The position numbers were made by a program, and so were the translations under genes. Of a stretch of 64,000 nt of DNA, positions 43,820 to 54,278 are shown piece after piece. The number at the start of each line of letters is the position of its first letter. Positions within the stretch are counted from its first letter, which is position 1. This stretch comes from Candidatus Latescibacterota bacterium (GTDB lineage Bacteria > Latescibacterota > UBA2968): contig OZ242311.1 of NCBI GenBank assembly GCA_965207885.1, positions 544,001-608,000 on the forward strand, in the 5' to 3' direction. A model generated the notes under the pieces. It had not been told where the DNA came from and made no database searches. It saw only the letters and a list, made by a program, of their open reading frames with translations.

Positions 43820-45320
43820 ATTTTACCGATTGATGGCGCAGGAAATCGATCAATAATCGCACGCCAACGCCCGTGGCTCCGATAGGAGTGTCGAGTTTGG
43901 TGGATTTTGTCGATGCCGTGCCGGCGATGTCGAGGTGTGCCCAGGGGAAGTTCTGGACATAGGCTTCGAGGAACGCGGCGGCGGTGAGTGCGCCCGCGGG
44001 CCGACCGCCTGAGTTTTTGAGGTCGGCCACATTGCTTTTGATGCTGTTTCTGTGGTCATCCAGAATGGGAAGATGCCAGGCAATTTCACCGGTGCGATTG
44101 CCCGCTTCGTGGATTTGAGCGATGAGGTCATTGTCGTTGCCCATCAAGCCACTAACTTCGTTGCCGAGTGCGGTGACACATGCACCGGTTAGCGTGGCCA
44201 GGTCAATGACTGCTTTGGGCGCATAGCGCGCGCTGTATGCGATGGCGTCGATGAGGGCGAGGCGGCCTTCGGCATCTGTGCTGTGTATTTCAACGGTTTT
44301 GGTGCCGAGGGGGTGCAAGATGTCGCCGGGCCGATACGCGAGGCCATCGGGCATGTTTTCTGCGGCGGCAACCAGGCCGATGACGCGGTGGGGCAGGTCG
44401 AGTTTTGCCACGGCTCGCATTGCGCCAATGACGGCTGCGGATCCACTCATGTCGAATTTCATGTCCCACATGCCGTCGCCACTTTTGAGGGATATGCCGC
44501 CCGTGTCAAAGGTTATGCCTTTGCCAATGAAGATGATTGGCGCAGCATTGGGATCGGCTCCCGGGTGTTCCAGGATGACAAAACGAGGCGGTCGAGCACT
44601 CCCCTGTCCCACGGCGCTGAGGGCTCCCATACCTTCATTTGAGATGCGCTGTTCGTCAAATATTTCACAGGAGAGTCCCGTTTCACGAGCCATTCCCAAA
44701 GCGCGGTCGGCCAGTGTCGCCGGTGGCAAGTCGTTGCCGGGGGTGTTGCTCAGGTCCCGGGCGAAACACACGCTTTCGGCGATGATTTGTCCGGTGTTCG
44801 CGCCTTTTTCCACATCGATTTGTTTGGATGTGTCAAATTCGACGAGGGTAAATGTGTCGAGACGTTTCGGATCGTCATGATTTGTTTTGTAATTGGTGAA
44901 TTTGTAGTTGCCGAGTATTGCGCCTTCAACAGTGGCTTGTGCGGCGTCTGAGACATCGAGACCGCCTATGCCGCCGCCGTGAATGATGGAGGCGAGGGTT
45001 CTTGCGCCGAGTTTGATGGCTTCTCTGGTCGCAGATGCAGATGCGAGGCGCACGTGATTGGGCGTGAAGGCTTCTCGTTTGCCCAGACCAACGAGAATGA
45101 GGCGCGGCGCGGCCACGCCCTGGCGGGGATAGAGCACGGCGGTTTGGTTGCGTTTGCCGCTGAAATCGCCGCCTGCAATGAGGTCGGCAATAAGCCCGTC
45201 CAGTGCGCGATTGGCTGCGCCTGTTGCGCCGCCCGGTTCTGTGACGCCTTCAAAGAGGTTGAGCACGATGGCGTCTGTTGTACTTTCGAGGATGTTGCCG
45301 ATGGTGGTGGAGATGTTCAT
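43818..45320 (-). CDS. pepA: Leucyl aminopeptidase (M17)
   Basis: GKGITFDTGG, MKFDMSG, STDAEGRL, DLATLTGA, WAHLDIAG; start re-called to 45320. Confidence 0.95.
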   Translation of the reverse strand: MNISTTIGNILESTTDAIVLNLFEGVTEPGGATGAANRALDGLIADLIAGGDFSGKRNQTAVLYPRQGVAAPRLILVGLGKREAFTPNHVRLASASATREAIKLGARTLASIIHGGGIGGLDVSDAAQATVEGAILGNYKFTNYKTNHDDPKRLDTFTLVEFDTSKQIDVEKGANTGQIIAESVCFARDLSNTPGNDLPPATLADRALGMARETGLSCEIFDEQRISNEGMGALSAVGQGSARPPRFVILEHPGADPNAAPIIFIGKGITFDTGGISLKSGDGMWDMKFDMSGSAAVIGAMRAVAKLDLPHRVIGLVAAAENMPDGLAYRPGDILHPLGTKTVEIHSTDAEGRLALIDAIAYSARYAPKAVIDLATLTGACVTALGNEVSGLMGNDNDLIAQIHEAGNRTGEIAWHLPILDDHRNSIKSNVADLKNSGGRPAGALTAAAFLEAYVQNFPWAHLDIAGTASTKSTKLDTPIGATGVGVRLLIDFLRHQSVK

Positions 45321-45334
45321 GGTGAGAATTGGTC

Positions 45335-45955
45335 CTATATGAGAAATGGGTTGATGCGTTTTTCGCGGTCTATGGTTGTGTCTGGCCCGTGCCCGGGGTG
45401 AAGTATCGTGTCGTCGGGGAGGGTGAGGATTTTGGTGTGGATGGAGTCCATGAGCGTTTGCAAGTCTGCGCCTTCGAGGTCGGTCCGACCAATAGAGCCA
45501 GCGAATACCGTGTCGCCAACAATGGCGTGGCCCGGCCATGTGAGGGCGATGTTGCCGGGCGCGTGACCCGGTACATGGAGGATGTTCAGGGTTTCGCGGC
45601 CAAAGACGATGGTGTCGCCTTCATCGATAAAGCGGTCGATTTTGGGCGGTGGATCGGTTTGAAGGCCCAGGGGTGCGACAATGTCTGTAAGCGCCTCGAC
45701 CATGAATACATCGGCTTTGTGGATGGCGAATGGTGCGCCTGTTTTTTCTTTGATCGATGCGACGCGCCCTATGTGGTCAAAATGTCCGTGTGTGGCAATT
45801 ATTTCGACGATCTCGATGTTGTGGTCTTTGATGAGCTGGCGTATAGTGTCGGTATCGTCGCCGGGATCTATTACAATGCCTTCGCGCGTTTTTTCGCAGG
45901 CGAGGATATAACAATTGACTTCAAGCGGACCGACGATGGTGGATATAAAGATCAC
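45335..45955 (-). CDS. MBL-fold metallo-hydrolase (glyoxalase II/YcbL-like)
   Basis: THGHFDHIG, PGHAPG, GDTVFAGSIGRTD, PGHGP; GTG start overlapping the upstream TGA. Confidence 0.9.
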   Translation of the reverse strand: MIFISTIVGPLEVNCYILACEKTREGIVIDPGDDTDTIRQLIKDHNIEIVEIIATHGHFDHIGRVASIKEKTGAPFAIHKADVFMVEALTDIVAPLGLQTDPPPKIDRFIDEGDTIVFGRETLNILHVPGHAPGNIALTWPGHAIVGDTVFAGSIGRTDLEGADLQTLMDSIHTKILTLPDDTILHPGHGPDTTIDREKRINPFLI

Positions 45956-47019
45956 GATAGTTCCTGCGCGATTTTTACTTCTTCGCCCGTTTCCTGGCTG
46001 CGATAGATGCCGTCGAGGATTGCCATGACTTGCAGCGATTGCTCGGCGGGTACGGGTGATGGTTTGCCTTCGGCGATGGCCCGGGCAAATTCGACACATT
46101 CCTGGGCGTGGGGTTCGAGTAGGTCGCGGGTATTTTGCAGGGTGCGGTTGTAGTGTTGTTTTATATCGTTGTTGCTTTGATAGATTTCGCAACTGGGCCA
46201 GTGGCTGCCTCCTCTGGTGCCGTAGAGCCACATTTGCATGTCTTCGCCCTGCGTTTTGTGGTGGAGTAGCCAGCTGACTTCGAGCACGAGGGTTGCTCCA
46301 TTTTCAAAGCGCACAAATGCTGCGGCGAAGTCTTCGACATCGAACTGCGCCGATGGGATGAGACCCCAACTACTGAAGGCGCCTTTCTGGTGGGCGATTT
46401 CTGCACGGGCGACACCGGTGACGGATACGGGTTTGGGGTTGTCCATGAACCAGAGTGTGAGGTCCAGGATGTGAACGCCGATGTCGATGCAGGGACCGCC
46501 GCCGCTGTGTTGTTTTTGTATAAAGCCCGGTGTGTTTGGCGCCCCTGAGCGGCGGAGCATCCAGCTTCGCGCGTGGTAGATGTCTCCGAGTACGCCTGTG
46601 TCGAGTTCGGCTCGCATGGCTTTTGATTTGCCCGAGAAACGAAAATGCTGCGCTGTCATCAGGGTTTTGCCAGATTTGTCGCGTGCGGCAATCATGTTTT
46701 TGATGAGTTCCGGGCTGGGGGCGAGCGGTTTTTCGCAGATGACGTGTTTGCCCGCTTCAAGCGCGGCAATGGCCAATGGGGCGTGATAATTGTTGGGGGT
46801 GCAGATGTCGATGATGTCGATATCGGGGTTTTTGAACAGGTCGTCCGGGTCGGTGGAAAGGATGGCTATGTTGTTGTTTTTGCCCCAATGGTTCAGTACG
46901 TCTGCATTGATATCACTGCCGGCAATCAGGTCGGCATGTTCGGAAGCGGCCCATCCAGGCATGTGGGTGCGCGCGATGCCGCCAACGCCGATGATGCCGA
47001 CTTTGAGTTTGTCTGCCAT
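45952..47019 (-). CDS. Gfo/Idh/MocA family oxidoreductase
   Basis: GIIGVGGI, CEKP, GGGPCIDIGVH, VED. Confidence 0.92.
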   Translation of the reverse strand: MADKLKVGIIGVGGIARTHMPGWAASEHADLIAGSDINADVLNHWGKNNNIAILSTDPDDLFKNPDIDIIDICTPNNYHAPLAIAALEAGKHVICEKPLAPSPELIKNMIAARDKSGKTLMTAQHFRFSGKSKAMRAELDTGVLGDIYHARSWMLRRSGAPNTPGFIQKQHSGGGPCIDIGVHILDLTLWFMDNPKPVSVTGVARAEIAHQKGAFSSWGLIPSAQFDVEDFAAAFVRFENGATLVLEVSWLLHHKTQGEDMQMWLYGTRGGSHWPSCEIYQSNNDIKQHYNRTLQNTRDLLEPHAQECVEFARAIAEGKPSPVPAEQSLQVMAILDGIYRSQETGEEVKIAQELS

Positions 47020-47123
47020 GATGCTCCTTTCAGATTTCAGTTGGAATCTCTTAATGAGGAAAAAAGATAATATCGCAACGCATTGAGGGAAAGTTTTTTT
47101 TGTGAGATTATGATATTTTACCC

Positions 47124-47152
47124 TTGACAGATATACAAATGTTCACTATATT
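47124..47152 (+). promoter_or_regulatory. Sigma70-type promoter
   Basis: TTGACA-17 bp-TATATT in an AT-rich intergenic region. Confidence 0.6.
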
Positions 47153-47272
47153 TATGGCAGATGAAAAAAGGAATATAATATTCTGTAAAAATTGAACTTA
47201 GGAGATTTTTTGTGATTATATAAGACGATTCATGTCGATATATTTCACCTAACTTAAACAGGAGATGTTTCC

Positions 47273-47602
47273 ATGAGACGCATTGTTCCCATGTTGGGTA
47301 TCGGTTCACAATCAAAGAAGGTACAACGAGCTACCTCCCGGTCCCGTTTCATCCCCCAGTTTCGTCGGGAAGTCTGCGAGGTGATCAATCGCATTCGCGC
47401 CGCTTATGGTCCCATTCCCATGAAGACTGTGGCCGATCAGCCCGAGGTGAAGGCCGCAGAAGCGACGATTGAACAGGCCGCGCGATTGGTGTACAGCGGA
47501 CTTGAAAATGTCGAGGTATGGCGAGGTGCGCTGGTGGTCTATGAGTTGACATGGATGTCTGCACTGAAAAAGGTGCGTCCGTCGGATAAGTCAGCTGCTT
47601 AA
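47273..47602 (+). CDS. Hypothetical protein
   Basis: AGGAG RBS, own promoter and terminator. Confidence 0.7.
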   Translation: MRRIVPMLGIGSQSKKVQRATSRSRFIPQFRREVCEVINRIRAAYGPIPMKTVADQPEVKAAEATIEQAARLVYSGLENVEVWRGALVVYELTWMSALKKVRPSDKSAA

Positions 47603-47618
47603 GTACATTTTTTAACTC

Positions 47619-47657
47619 AAAAAGGCCGAGATTCGCAGAGAATCTCGGCCTTTTTTT
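47619..47657. terminator. Bidirectional intrinsic terminator
   Basis: AAAAAGGCCGAGATTC-N5-GAATCTCGGCCTTTTT. Confidence 0.8.
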
Positions 47658-47754
47658 GTCATTGACTGGATTGGACAATTTCAGGAACTTTTGACGCCTT
47701 GCGATAGTTTGTCAGATGTTGGATGGTTTGACACAAATAACGGAGAGACGGCGT

Positions 47755-49158
47755 ATGCAAAGATGGATGTGGATACTGATTGCGGGATTTATGGTTTTGC
47801 AGGTTGAGGCAAAGATTGATCCTGAGCATCAGGTGACGATTGCGCAAATGGAAAAGTTCAGCGAGGCTTTTGCAGCGGTGGCTTCCGAGGTCAATCCGGG
47901 TGTGGTGACTATTGTAAATAAAAAGGATATGGTCGTGGGGGTGAGAAGTTCGACGGGCGATCCGTTTTTTGATCGTTTTTTTGGTGGCCGAATGACGTAT
48001 CGCAGAGAGTGGCGGCAGCAGGGTTTGGGGTCGGGGGTTATTGTTTCTGGAGATGGCTATATTTTGACCAATAATCACCTTATTGCAGAGGCCGATTCTA
48101 TTGAAGTAGAACTCGACGATGGCAGAAAGTTTGGCGCAATGCTGGTGGGAACAGATCCGCAGAGCGATGTCGCGGTGTTGAAAATCGATGGGCGCGATTT
48201 GCCCGCGCTGAAGATGGGCGATTCGGATAAGTTGAAGGTCGGTGCCTGGGTGCTGGCGATTGGCAATCCGTATGGTTTGCGGCATACGGTGACGTACGGT
48301 ATTGTGAGCGCGACGGGGCGGGGCAATTTAGATATTGTGGATTACGAAGATTTTATTCAAACAGATGCGGCGATTAATCCGGGCAATAGCGGTGGGGCAA
48401 TGGTGAATTTGCGCGGGGATCTGGTGGGTCTGAATACGGCGATTTTGTCGCGCAGCGGTGGCAGTCAGGGCATTGGGTTGGCTGTGCCCATTAATATGGC
48501 GCGCAATATTATGCAGCAGATTATTGAAGATGGAGAGGTAAAACGCGGGTATCTGGATGTGGTGGTTCAGGATCTGACGCCGGGGCTTTCCGAAGCACTG
48601 GGATTATCTGTGAATCGGGGTGCGCTGATTCAGGAGGTGGGGGAATTTGCCGAGCAAACGGACTTACAACCCGGCGATGTGATTGTGGGGTTAAATGACC
48701 GAGAGATTTCCAATGCAGATGAGTTTCTCACGCGTATTGCGCGAACCCCTCCAGGCGCACAGGTGATAATTGAGGTGATCCGAAGTGAGGGAAATAAAAA
48801 GTTGCGCGTAACGGTGGATGCGTTTGATCCCTTTCGCGGTCTGCAAGAGGTGGAGCGACAACGCGCCCTGGGGCTGAATGTTCAGGAGATGACGCCCGCT
48901 ATTGCCCGTCAGTTTGGTTATGGTGCACAATGGGGCATGCTCATCACCGATGTGAGAGGAGAAAGTGCGGCTGAAGCGGCGGGTTTGCGACGGGGAGATG
49001 TGATTCGCGAGATGAATCGCAGGCCCATGCGTTCGATGGAAGATTACGAAGATGTATTGGCGGAGTTGAAACCCGGTGACGAAGTCGGCATAATCATTCG
49101 CAGAGAGACCCGCCGGCACTATGCCAATTTTTACGCCGTGCTCAAGGTGCCGAAGTAG
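47755..49158 (+). CDS. htrA: DegP/DegQ (HtrA) periplasmic serine protease with two PDZ domains
   Basis: GSGVI, TNNH, DVAVLK, QTDAAINPGNSGG; signal peptide. Confidence 0.93.
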   Translation: MQRWMWILIAGFMVLQVEAKIDPEHQVTIAQMEKFSEAFAAVASEVNPGVVTIVNKKDMVVGVRSSTGDPFFDRFFGGRMTYRREWRQQGLGSGVIVSGDGYILTNNHLIAEADSIEVELDDGRKFGAMLVGTDPQSDVAVLKIDGRDLPALKMGDSDKLKVGAWVLAIGNPYGLRHTVTYGIVSATGRGNLDIVDYEDFIQTDAAINPGNSGGAMVNLRGDLVGLNTAILSRSGGSQGIGLAVPINMARNIMQQIIEDGEVKRGYLDVVVQDLTPGLSEALGLSVNRGALIQEVGEFAEQTDLQPGDVIVGLNDREISNADEFLTRIARTPPGAQVIIEVIRSEGNKKLRVTVDAFDPFRGLQEVERQRALGLNVQEMTPAIARQFGYGAQWGMLITDVRGESAAEAAGLRRGDVIREMNRRPMRSMEDYEDVLAELKPGDEVGIIIRRETRRHYANFYAVLKVPK

Positions 49159-49159
49159 A

Positions 49160-49197
49160 AGTGTGATCCGCAGATGACGCAGATGAACGCAGATAAA
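49160..49197 (+). repeat. 38-bp CGCAGAT-array element, copy 1
   Basis: AGTGTGATCCGCAGATGACGCAGATGAACGCAGATAAA, identical to 56213-56250. Confidence 0.85.
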
Positions 49198-49232
49198 AAG
49201 TAAGATACAAGAAGTGTGAAGTGATAGTACTC

Positions 49233-49265
49233 GTCATCGCGGCATGGTGTTGAGCCGCGATCCAG
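49233..49265 (+). repeat. REP/RPE-like palindromic element, copy 4
   Basis: GTCATCGCGGC-ATGGTGTTGA-GCCGCGATCCAG. Confidence 0.85.
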
Positions 49266-49274
49266 TGGTTTTAT

Positions 49275-50684
49275 TTAATCCACGTCTTTTACATACCGCT
49301 CGTCTTCTACCTTTTCCTGAAGGCGGTAGAGTTCGTCTTTGAGTTCGCGCACGATATCGGCGTATTCGGGATTGTCGTACACGCTGTTGAGTTCATAAGG
49401 GTCTTTTTCGAGGTCGAAGAGTTCCCATTCGGGTTCTTTGGTGTCTTCGATTGATCCTTTTTGATTGAGGCCGTCGGCGTAGTAATAGATGAGTTTGTAC
49501 TGGTGGGTTCGCACGCCGTAATGGGCGTAAACATGGTGGTGCGTCAGGTGCATCCAGTAGCGGTAATACATCGATGTTTGCCAGTCTTCAGGTGTTTCGC
49601 CGTTGAGCAAGGGGCGCATGCTCGATCCCTGGAAGGTTTCGGGGATGTCAATGCCCGCGTAGTCGAGAAAGGTGGGGGCAAAGTCGGTGTTGAGGATCAT
49701 GTCGGTGTTGATACTGCCGGGTTTGATTTCTTTGGGATAGCGAATGATGAAGGGCATGCGCAGGGATTCTTCGTACATAAAACGCTTGTCATACCAGCCG
49801 TGATCGCCCAGGAAAAAGCCCTGGTCAGATGTGTAAATGACTATGGTGTTGTCGGTGAGGCCTTCTGTGTCGAGATAGTCGAGCATGCGTCCGACATTGT
49901 CGTCGATGGAGGCCACACAGCGCAGGTAGTCTTTGATGTAGCGCTGGTATTTCCATTTTTTGTCTTCTTCAGGTGAGAGGCCTTCAGGGGGTAATCCCTT
50001 GAGGTCATTTTTGTTCATGTCGCGGTCAACGCGCATTTGGGCGGCTTCGGCAGCACTGGCGCGGTTGCTGTAGTCGTCCCAGAAGGTTTCGGGTTCGGGT
50101 ATGTCTTCGTTTTCATACATGTGGGCGTGTTTTTCGTCGGGTTCCCAGGCGCGGTGGGGTGCTTTGTGGTGGTACATGAGCATGAAGGGGCGATTTGTGT
50201 CCCGCGCTTTGAGCCAGTCGAGGCATAAGTCTGTGATGATGTCGGTGACATAGCCTTGATAGACTTTTTCTTCGCCCATTTCTATCATTTCGGGGTTGTG
50301 ATATAATCCCTGCCCGGGCAGGACATTCCAGTAGTCAAAGCCGGTGGGGTCGTGGATGCCGCCGTGACCGAGATGCCATTTGCCGATCATGGCGGTTTGA
50401 TATCCCGCCTGTTGGAATAATTTGGGAAATGTGAGTTGCCTGCCGTCGAGATGGGTCGCCAGCGTGGTTACGCCGTTGATGTGGTTGTATGTGCCGGTGA
50501 GGATTACGGCCCGGCTGGGGGCGCAGATTGAGTTGGTGCAAAAGCAGTTGTCAAAGCGCATGCCTCCATTTGCTATGCGGTCGAGGTTGGGGGTCTGGTT
50601 GATGCGGCTGTTGTAGCAACTCATGGCATGCGAGGCGTGATCGTCGGACATGATAAAGAGGATGTTGGGACGGTCTGTAGGCAA
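49275..50684 (-). CDS. Sulfatase (Cys-type S1; N-acetylglucosamine-6-sulfatase-like)
   Basis: [40 protein letters not shown]; TTG start behind AGGAG. Confidence 0.93.
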   Translation of the reverse strand: MPTDRPNILFIMSDDHASHAMSCYNSRINQTPNLDRIANGGMRFDNCFCTNSICAPSRAVILTGTYNHINGVTTLATHLDGRQLTFPKLFQQAGYQTAMIGKWHLGHGGIHDPTGFDYWNVLPGQGLYHNPEMIEMGEEKVYQGYVTDIITDLCLDWLKARDTNRPFMLMYHHKAPHRAWEPDEKHAHMYENEDIPEPETFWDDYSNRASAAEAAQMRVDRDMNKNDLKGLPPEGLSPEEDKKWKYQRYIKDYLRCVASIDDNVGRMLDYLDTEGLTDNTIVIYTSDQGFFLGDHGWYDKRFMYEESLRMPFIIRYPKEIKPGSINTDMILNTDFAPTFLDYAGIDIPETFQGSSMRPLLNGETPEDWQTSMYYRYWMHLTHHHVYAHYGVRTHQYKLIYYYADGLNQKGSIEDTKEPEWELFDLEKDPYELNSVYDNPEYADIVRELKDELYRLQEKVEDERYVKDVD

Positions 50685-50769
50685 GAGAGGCTCCTTTTGG
50701 AACGGTGAGCAACTGGTCGAAGTCCAAGTTTACGGTGAAGTGAAAGAAGGTGAGACGCGAAAGGCACTC

Positions 50770-50828
50770 GTCATCGCGGCATGGTCCCGTATAGAATCAC
50801 TACGGGACATGCTTTAGCCGCGATCCAG
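50770..50828 (+). repeat. REP/RPE-like palindromic element, copy 5, with nested hairpin insert
   Basis: GTCATCGCGGCATG-[GTCCCGTATAGAATCACTACGGGA]-CATGCTTTAGCCGCGATCCAG. Confidence 0.8.
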
Positions 50829-50965
50829 CCCGCATAAAATATGACATTGCATGCGGGATATCAAGTGGGACGAATGGCGGGCACAGGCGTTTATTCTTTG
50901 TGGGGGGTGCAATGATTGGTATTATATATGGATGTTGCGATGTGAACTATGAAGGAGTGAAGTAA

Positions 50966-53900
50966 ATGGGCGGTCAAAAAGTTTTGTTTTTTATGTGGAT
51001 GTTCATTCTTTGCCTGAATGCCGAGGTTTTTGCGGGTGAGGCCAGGCAGGTGTGGACGTCCTTTCGGCAAGAAGATGGGCTGGCGCACAATGTGGTGACG
51101 GCTGTGTTGCAGACACCCGATGGGGCGATGTGGTTTGCCACGCTGGGTGGCGTGTCGCGCTATGATGGGCGTTCCTGGGAGAAGTACGGGGTTGAAGATG
51201 GGTTGCCGGGAAATGCTATTCAGGATCTGGTTGCCGCGCCCGATGGGGCATTGTGGGCTGCTGTGGGACGGGGTTTTGGTCGTGAAGCGCGACAGGGACT
51301 GGCTTATTTTTTTGGCGAGGAATGGAGGGGGATTGATCTGCCAGAAGAATTGAGGGGGCGAGGGGGCTTGCGCCAGATTTTGGGGCTGGATGGTGGTCGC
51401 TCCTGTCTGGTGACCGATGCAGGTCACTTGTTGCGCTTTGATGGCGCAGATCTTTATTTGGTAATGTTAGATGGTCAGCCGCTTCAAGGTGTTCAGAGCT
51501 TGATGGCTGACACGAATGGAAAAGTGTGGGTTGCTTATGGGGGGCGGGGGGGTAATGTTTTGTTTGGTCCTGGAATGGGACGGGGTGGACGAGGTGAACC
51601 GGGTGGCAGAGGCAGGCGCGGTGGTTTTAGGGGGGCAGACGGTCCTGATGGTGGTAGAGGGCGAGGTGAACCGGATGGTCGCGGGCGTGGTGGTTTGAGG
51701 GATATGGATGGTCCAGATGGCCGTGGTGGACGCGGTGAACCGGGTGGTCGTGGGCGTGGAGGGCGAGGTGGAAGACCTGACGAGTTTGAGCAGGGTATGG
51801 GGTTATTGGATGTGGATACGGGGGAATGGACTACGATAGCAGATATGGATAGTTTGAGCAATGTATCTGTGTGGGCGATGGCGCAAAGTGACGATGGCGC
51901 GCTCTGGTTTGGTACCGATGATGGCGGGCTTAAGCGGTATTATTCGGGACAATGGGAAACATTTACAACTGAGGACGGGTTGCCTTCTAATCGGGTGCAG
52001 GTGATTCGCTTTGCACAGGATGGAACGGTGTGGATTGGTACGCCGGCTGGCGCGGCTTTTCGAGATGCGGGCGGACAATGGCGAATTTTTACAGAGCGCG
52101 AGGGATTGCCCAATAGCTATGTGGTCGATATCTGTATTGCTGCCGATGGGGCAATTTGGGTTGGTACGCGCGGGGGGGTTGCGCGTTTGGGGCTTTCGGG
52201 GTGGTTGCACCACAGGAACTGGCCGGGGATGAATGATCGCGGTGCTTCGATTTTCGCGCTCGGTGAAAGCGGTCAGCTCTGGGTTGGCAATGATGCGATT
52301 TACAAATTTGAGCGGGGTTCCTGGCATGTGGCACATGGGTTAGACGATGTGCGCGGGCGTTTGATCGATTTGTTTGTCGATGGAAAAGGACACCTCTGGG
52401 CTGTAACGCCGTTTCAATTGTTGCGTTATGATGGCGAGGTATGGGAGGTGATAAGGCCCGATCGTCGAATGGGATTGGGATTTCGAGCCGTGTGCCCTGC
52501 ACAAGATGGCGGCGTGTGGGCAATTACGCGCTCAGGTGTTCAGCGATTCGATGGGCAGGTATGGACGGCTCTGTTTTCCTCACAGGGTCTGGCGCAGATA
52601 GAGAGCAATCCCGAAAGGTCCAGCATTTCGATTTGCGAGGCGAGCGATGGCAGTTTGTGGCTGGGGCAGGTGGATGGCGTGATGCATGTGGTGGATGGGG
52701 AGCAGCGAAAATACACGGCTGCTGATGGGATACCCGGTGGACCGATTACTGTGGTTGCCGAAGATATTGGTGGACAGATATGGATTAGTTCACTGCTTGA
52801 AGGGGTAGCGCATTTTAATGGGCAGAGGTGGCGGCGCGTGCCGGGCGCAGATGAGGCTCAGTTTAATGGGGTGAATCGGATATTTCCCGCCAATGATGGC
52901 AAGGTGTGGTTGGCTTCGCCGATTGATGGCGCGATTCACACCGATGGATTTGCCTGGGTGCGCTATACGATTCAAGAGGGGTTGCCGAGTACACAGGTTT
53001 GGGATGTGGCGCAAGATGCCGATGGTTTGTTGTGGTTTGCGACGTCTGATGGGTTGGGCTGTTATGATCCCGATGGCGATGCGCCCGAGACACTTCTTTT
53101 GGCTCCGCCAGTTCAAATTGCGCCGTATCAAAATGCGTTGTTTGAATTTTCGGGGCAGGATGTGTGGAAGCAGACGCCAGATGGGTCATTGCAATATTCA
53201 TGGCGGCTCGACGAGGGGGCGTGGTCCTCTTTTTCACGCAATAACCGGGTTTTGTTGGAGGACATCGATGCTGGTGGTCACACATTTGAAGTGCGCGCTA
53301 TGGATCTGGCTTTTAATGTGGATAAGACCCCCGCTGTGCAGGTGTTTGAGGTGTTGGCGCCTGTGTGGCAACGGCCCTGGTTTGTGGGGTTGAGTGGTGT
53401 TTCGTTGCTCATTGTGCTGGTCACGACGGGATATGCGTTTCAAAAGCACAAGCGCTGGCGCATAGCGCAGACGCAGTTGATCGATGAGTTGGAGACGGAA
53501 CTTCAGGAAGCCCACGATATGCAGATGGGTCTGTTGCCCCGAGATCCCGTGCGCGAGAGAGGGTTTGAGGTGGTGGGCAGGTGTTTGCCAGCCAATCACG
53601 TCGGTGGTGATTATTTTACGTATTTCTGGCTGGATGACGATCGGAAAATACTGGGGTTTGGAGCCGCAGATGTGTCGGGTAAGGCGATGCAGGGTGCTGT
53701 GCGGGCTATGCAATTGAGCGGGATGTTGCACTATGAGGTTCGCGCGGCACAGACGCCGATAGATGTGTTGCGGAATTTGAATGTTGTTTTGCAAGAGCAA
53801 TTTGATGCGGCGAGTTTTGTGACGTGCTGTTTGGGGACGCTGGACTTAGAGACCGGGGAGATCGTTTTGGCCAATTCCGGGCATCCCTATCCCTATCGGG

Positions 53901-54229
53901 TGTCTGTGGGCGGTGACTTGCAGATGATAGAATTGATGTCTGTGCCTCTGGGTATGACGTTGCCACCCGAGGTGGATACCGAGCCGAGAGAGGCGCGTGC
54001 GTTTTTGGATTTTGGCGATATGCTGGTGCTCTACAGCGATGGGGTGACGGATATGCAAAATGCCGCGGGAGAGTTTTACGAGGAGGCGCGGCTGGAGGTT
54101 TTGCTGAAAGAACACGCGGGCGCAAGTGCCGATGGTTTGATCGATACAGTGATCGATGATCTGGTTCGGTTTCGCGCGTCGGCGGCACAGACAGATGATG
54201 TGACGCTTCTGGTTATTAAGAGGCGTTAG
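50966..54229 (+). CDS. Membrane sensor: two-component-regulator beta-propeller, Y_Y_Y-like domain, TM, SpoIIE/PP2C phosphatase
   Basis: Repeated DGLP.N.V..I..D.DG.LWFGT units; YSWRL..HTFEVRA; PVWQRPWF TM; VGGDYF, ADVSGK, YSDGVTD, DDVT. Confidence 0.9.
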   Translation: MGGQKVLFFMWMFILCLNAEVFAGEARQVWTSFRQEDGLAHNVVTAVLQTPDGAMWFATLGGVSRYDGRSWEKYGVEDGLPGNAIQDLVAAPDGALWAAVGRGFGREARQGLAYFFGEEWRGIDLPEELRGRGGLRQILGLDGGRSCLVTDAGHLLRFDGADLYLVMLDGQPLQGVQSLMADTNGKVWVAYGGRGGNVLFGPGMGRGGRGEPGGRGRRGGFRGADGPDGGRGRGEPDGRGRGGLRDMDGPDGRGGRGEPGGRGRGGRGGRPDEFEQGMGLLDVDTGEWTTIADMDSLSNVSVWAMAQSDDGALWFGTDDGGLKRYYSGQWETFTTEDGLPSNRVQVIRFAQDGTVWIGTPAGAAFRDAGGQWRIFTEREGLPNSYVVDICIAADGAIWVGTRGGVARLGLSGWLHHRNWPGMNDRGASIFALGESGQLWVGNDAIYKFERGSWHVAHGLDDVRGRLIDLFVDGKGHLWAVTPFQLLRYDGEVWEVIRPDRRMGLGFRAVCPAQDGGVWAITRSGVQRFDGQVWTALFSSQGLAQIESNPERSSISICEASDGSLWLGQVDGVMHVVDGEQRKYTAADGIPGGPITVVAEDIGGQIWISSLLEGVAHFNGQRWRRVPGADEAQFNGVNRIFPANDGKVWLASPIDGAIHTDGFAWVRYTIQEGLPSTQVWDVAQDADGLLWFATSDGLGCYDPDGDAPETLLLAPPVQIAPYQNALFEFSGQDVWKQTPDGSLQYSWRLDEGAWSSFSRNNRVLLEDIDAGGHTFEVRAMDLAFNVDKTPAVQVFEVLAPVWQRPWFVGLSGVSLLIVLVTTGYAFQKHKRWRIAQTQLIDELETELQEAHDMQMGLLPRDPVRERGFEVVGRCLPANHVGGDYFTYFWLDDDRKILGFGAADVSGKAMQGAVRAMQLSGMLHYEVRAAQTPIDVLRNLNVVLQEQFDAASFVTCCLGTLDLETGEIVLANSGHPYPYRVSVGGDLQMIELMSVPLGMTLPPEVDTEPREARAFLDFGDMLVLYSDGVTDMQNAAGEFYEEARLEVLLKEHAGASADGLIDTVIDDLVRFRASAAQTDDVTLLVIKRR

Positions 54230-54260
54230 AAGTGTGAAGGTAGAAGTGTGAAGTAGGAAG
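54229..54260 (+). repeat. GAAG-heptamer tandem array
   Basis: GAAGTGT GAAGGTA GAAGTGT GAAGTAG GAAG. Confidence 0.7.
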
Positions 54261-54278
54261 AACCAGAGAATAGCGATT

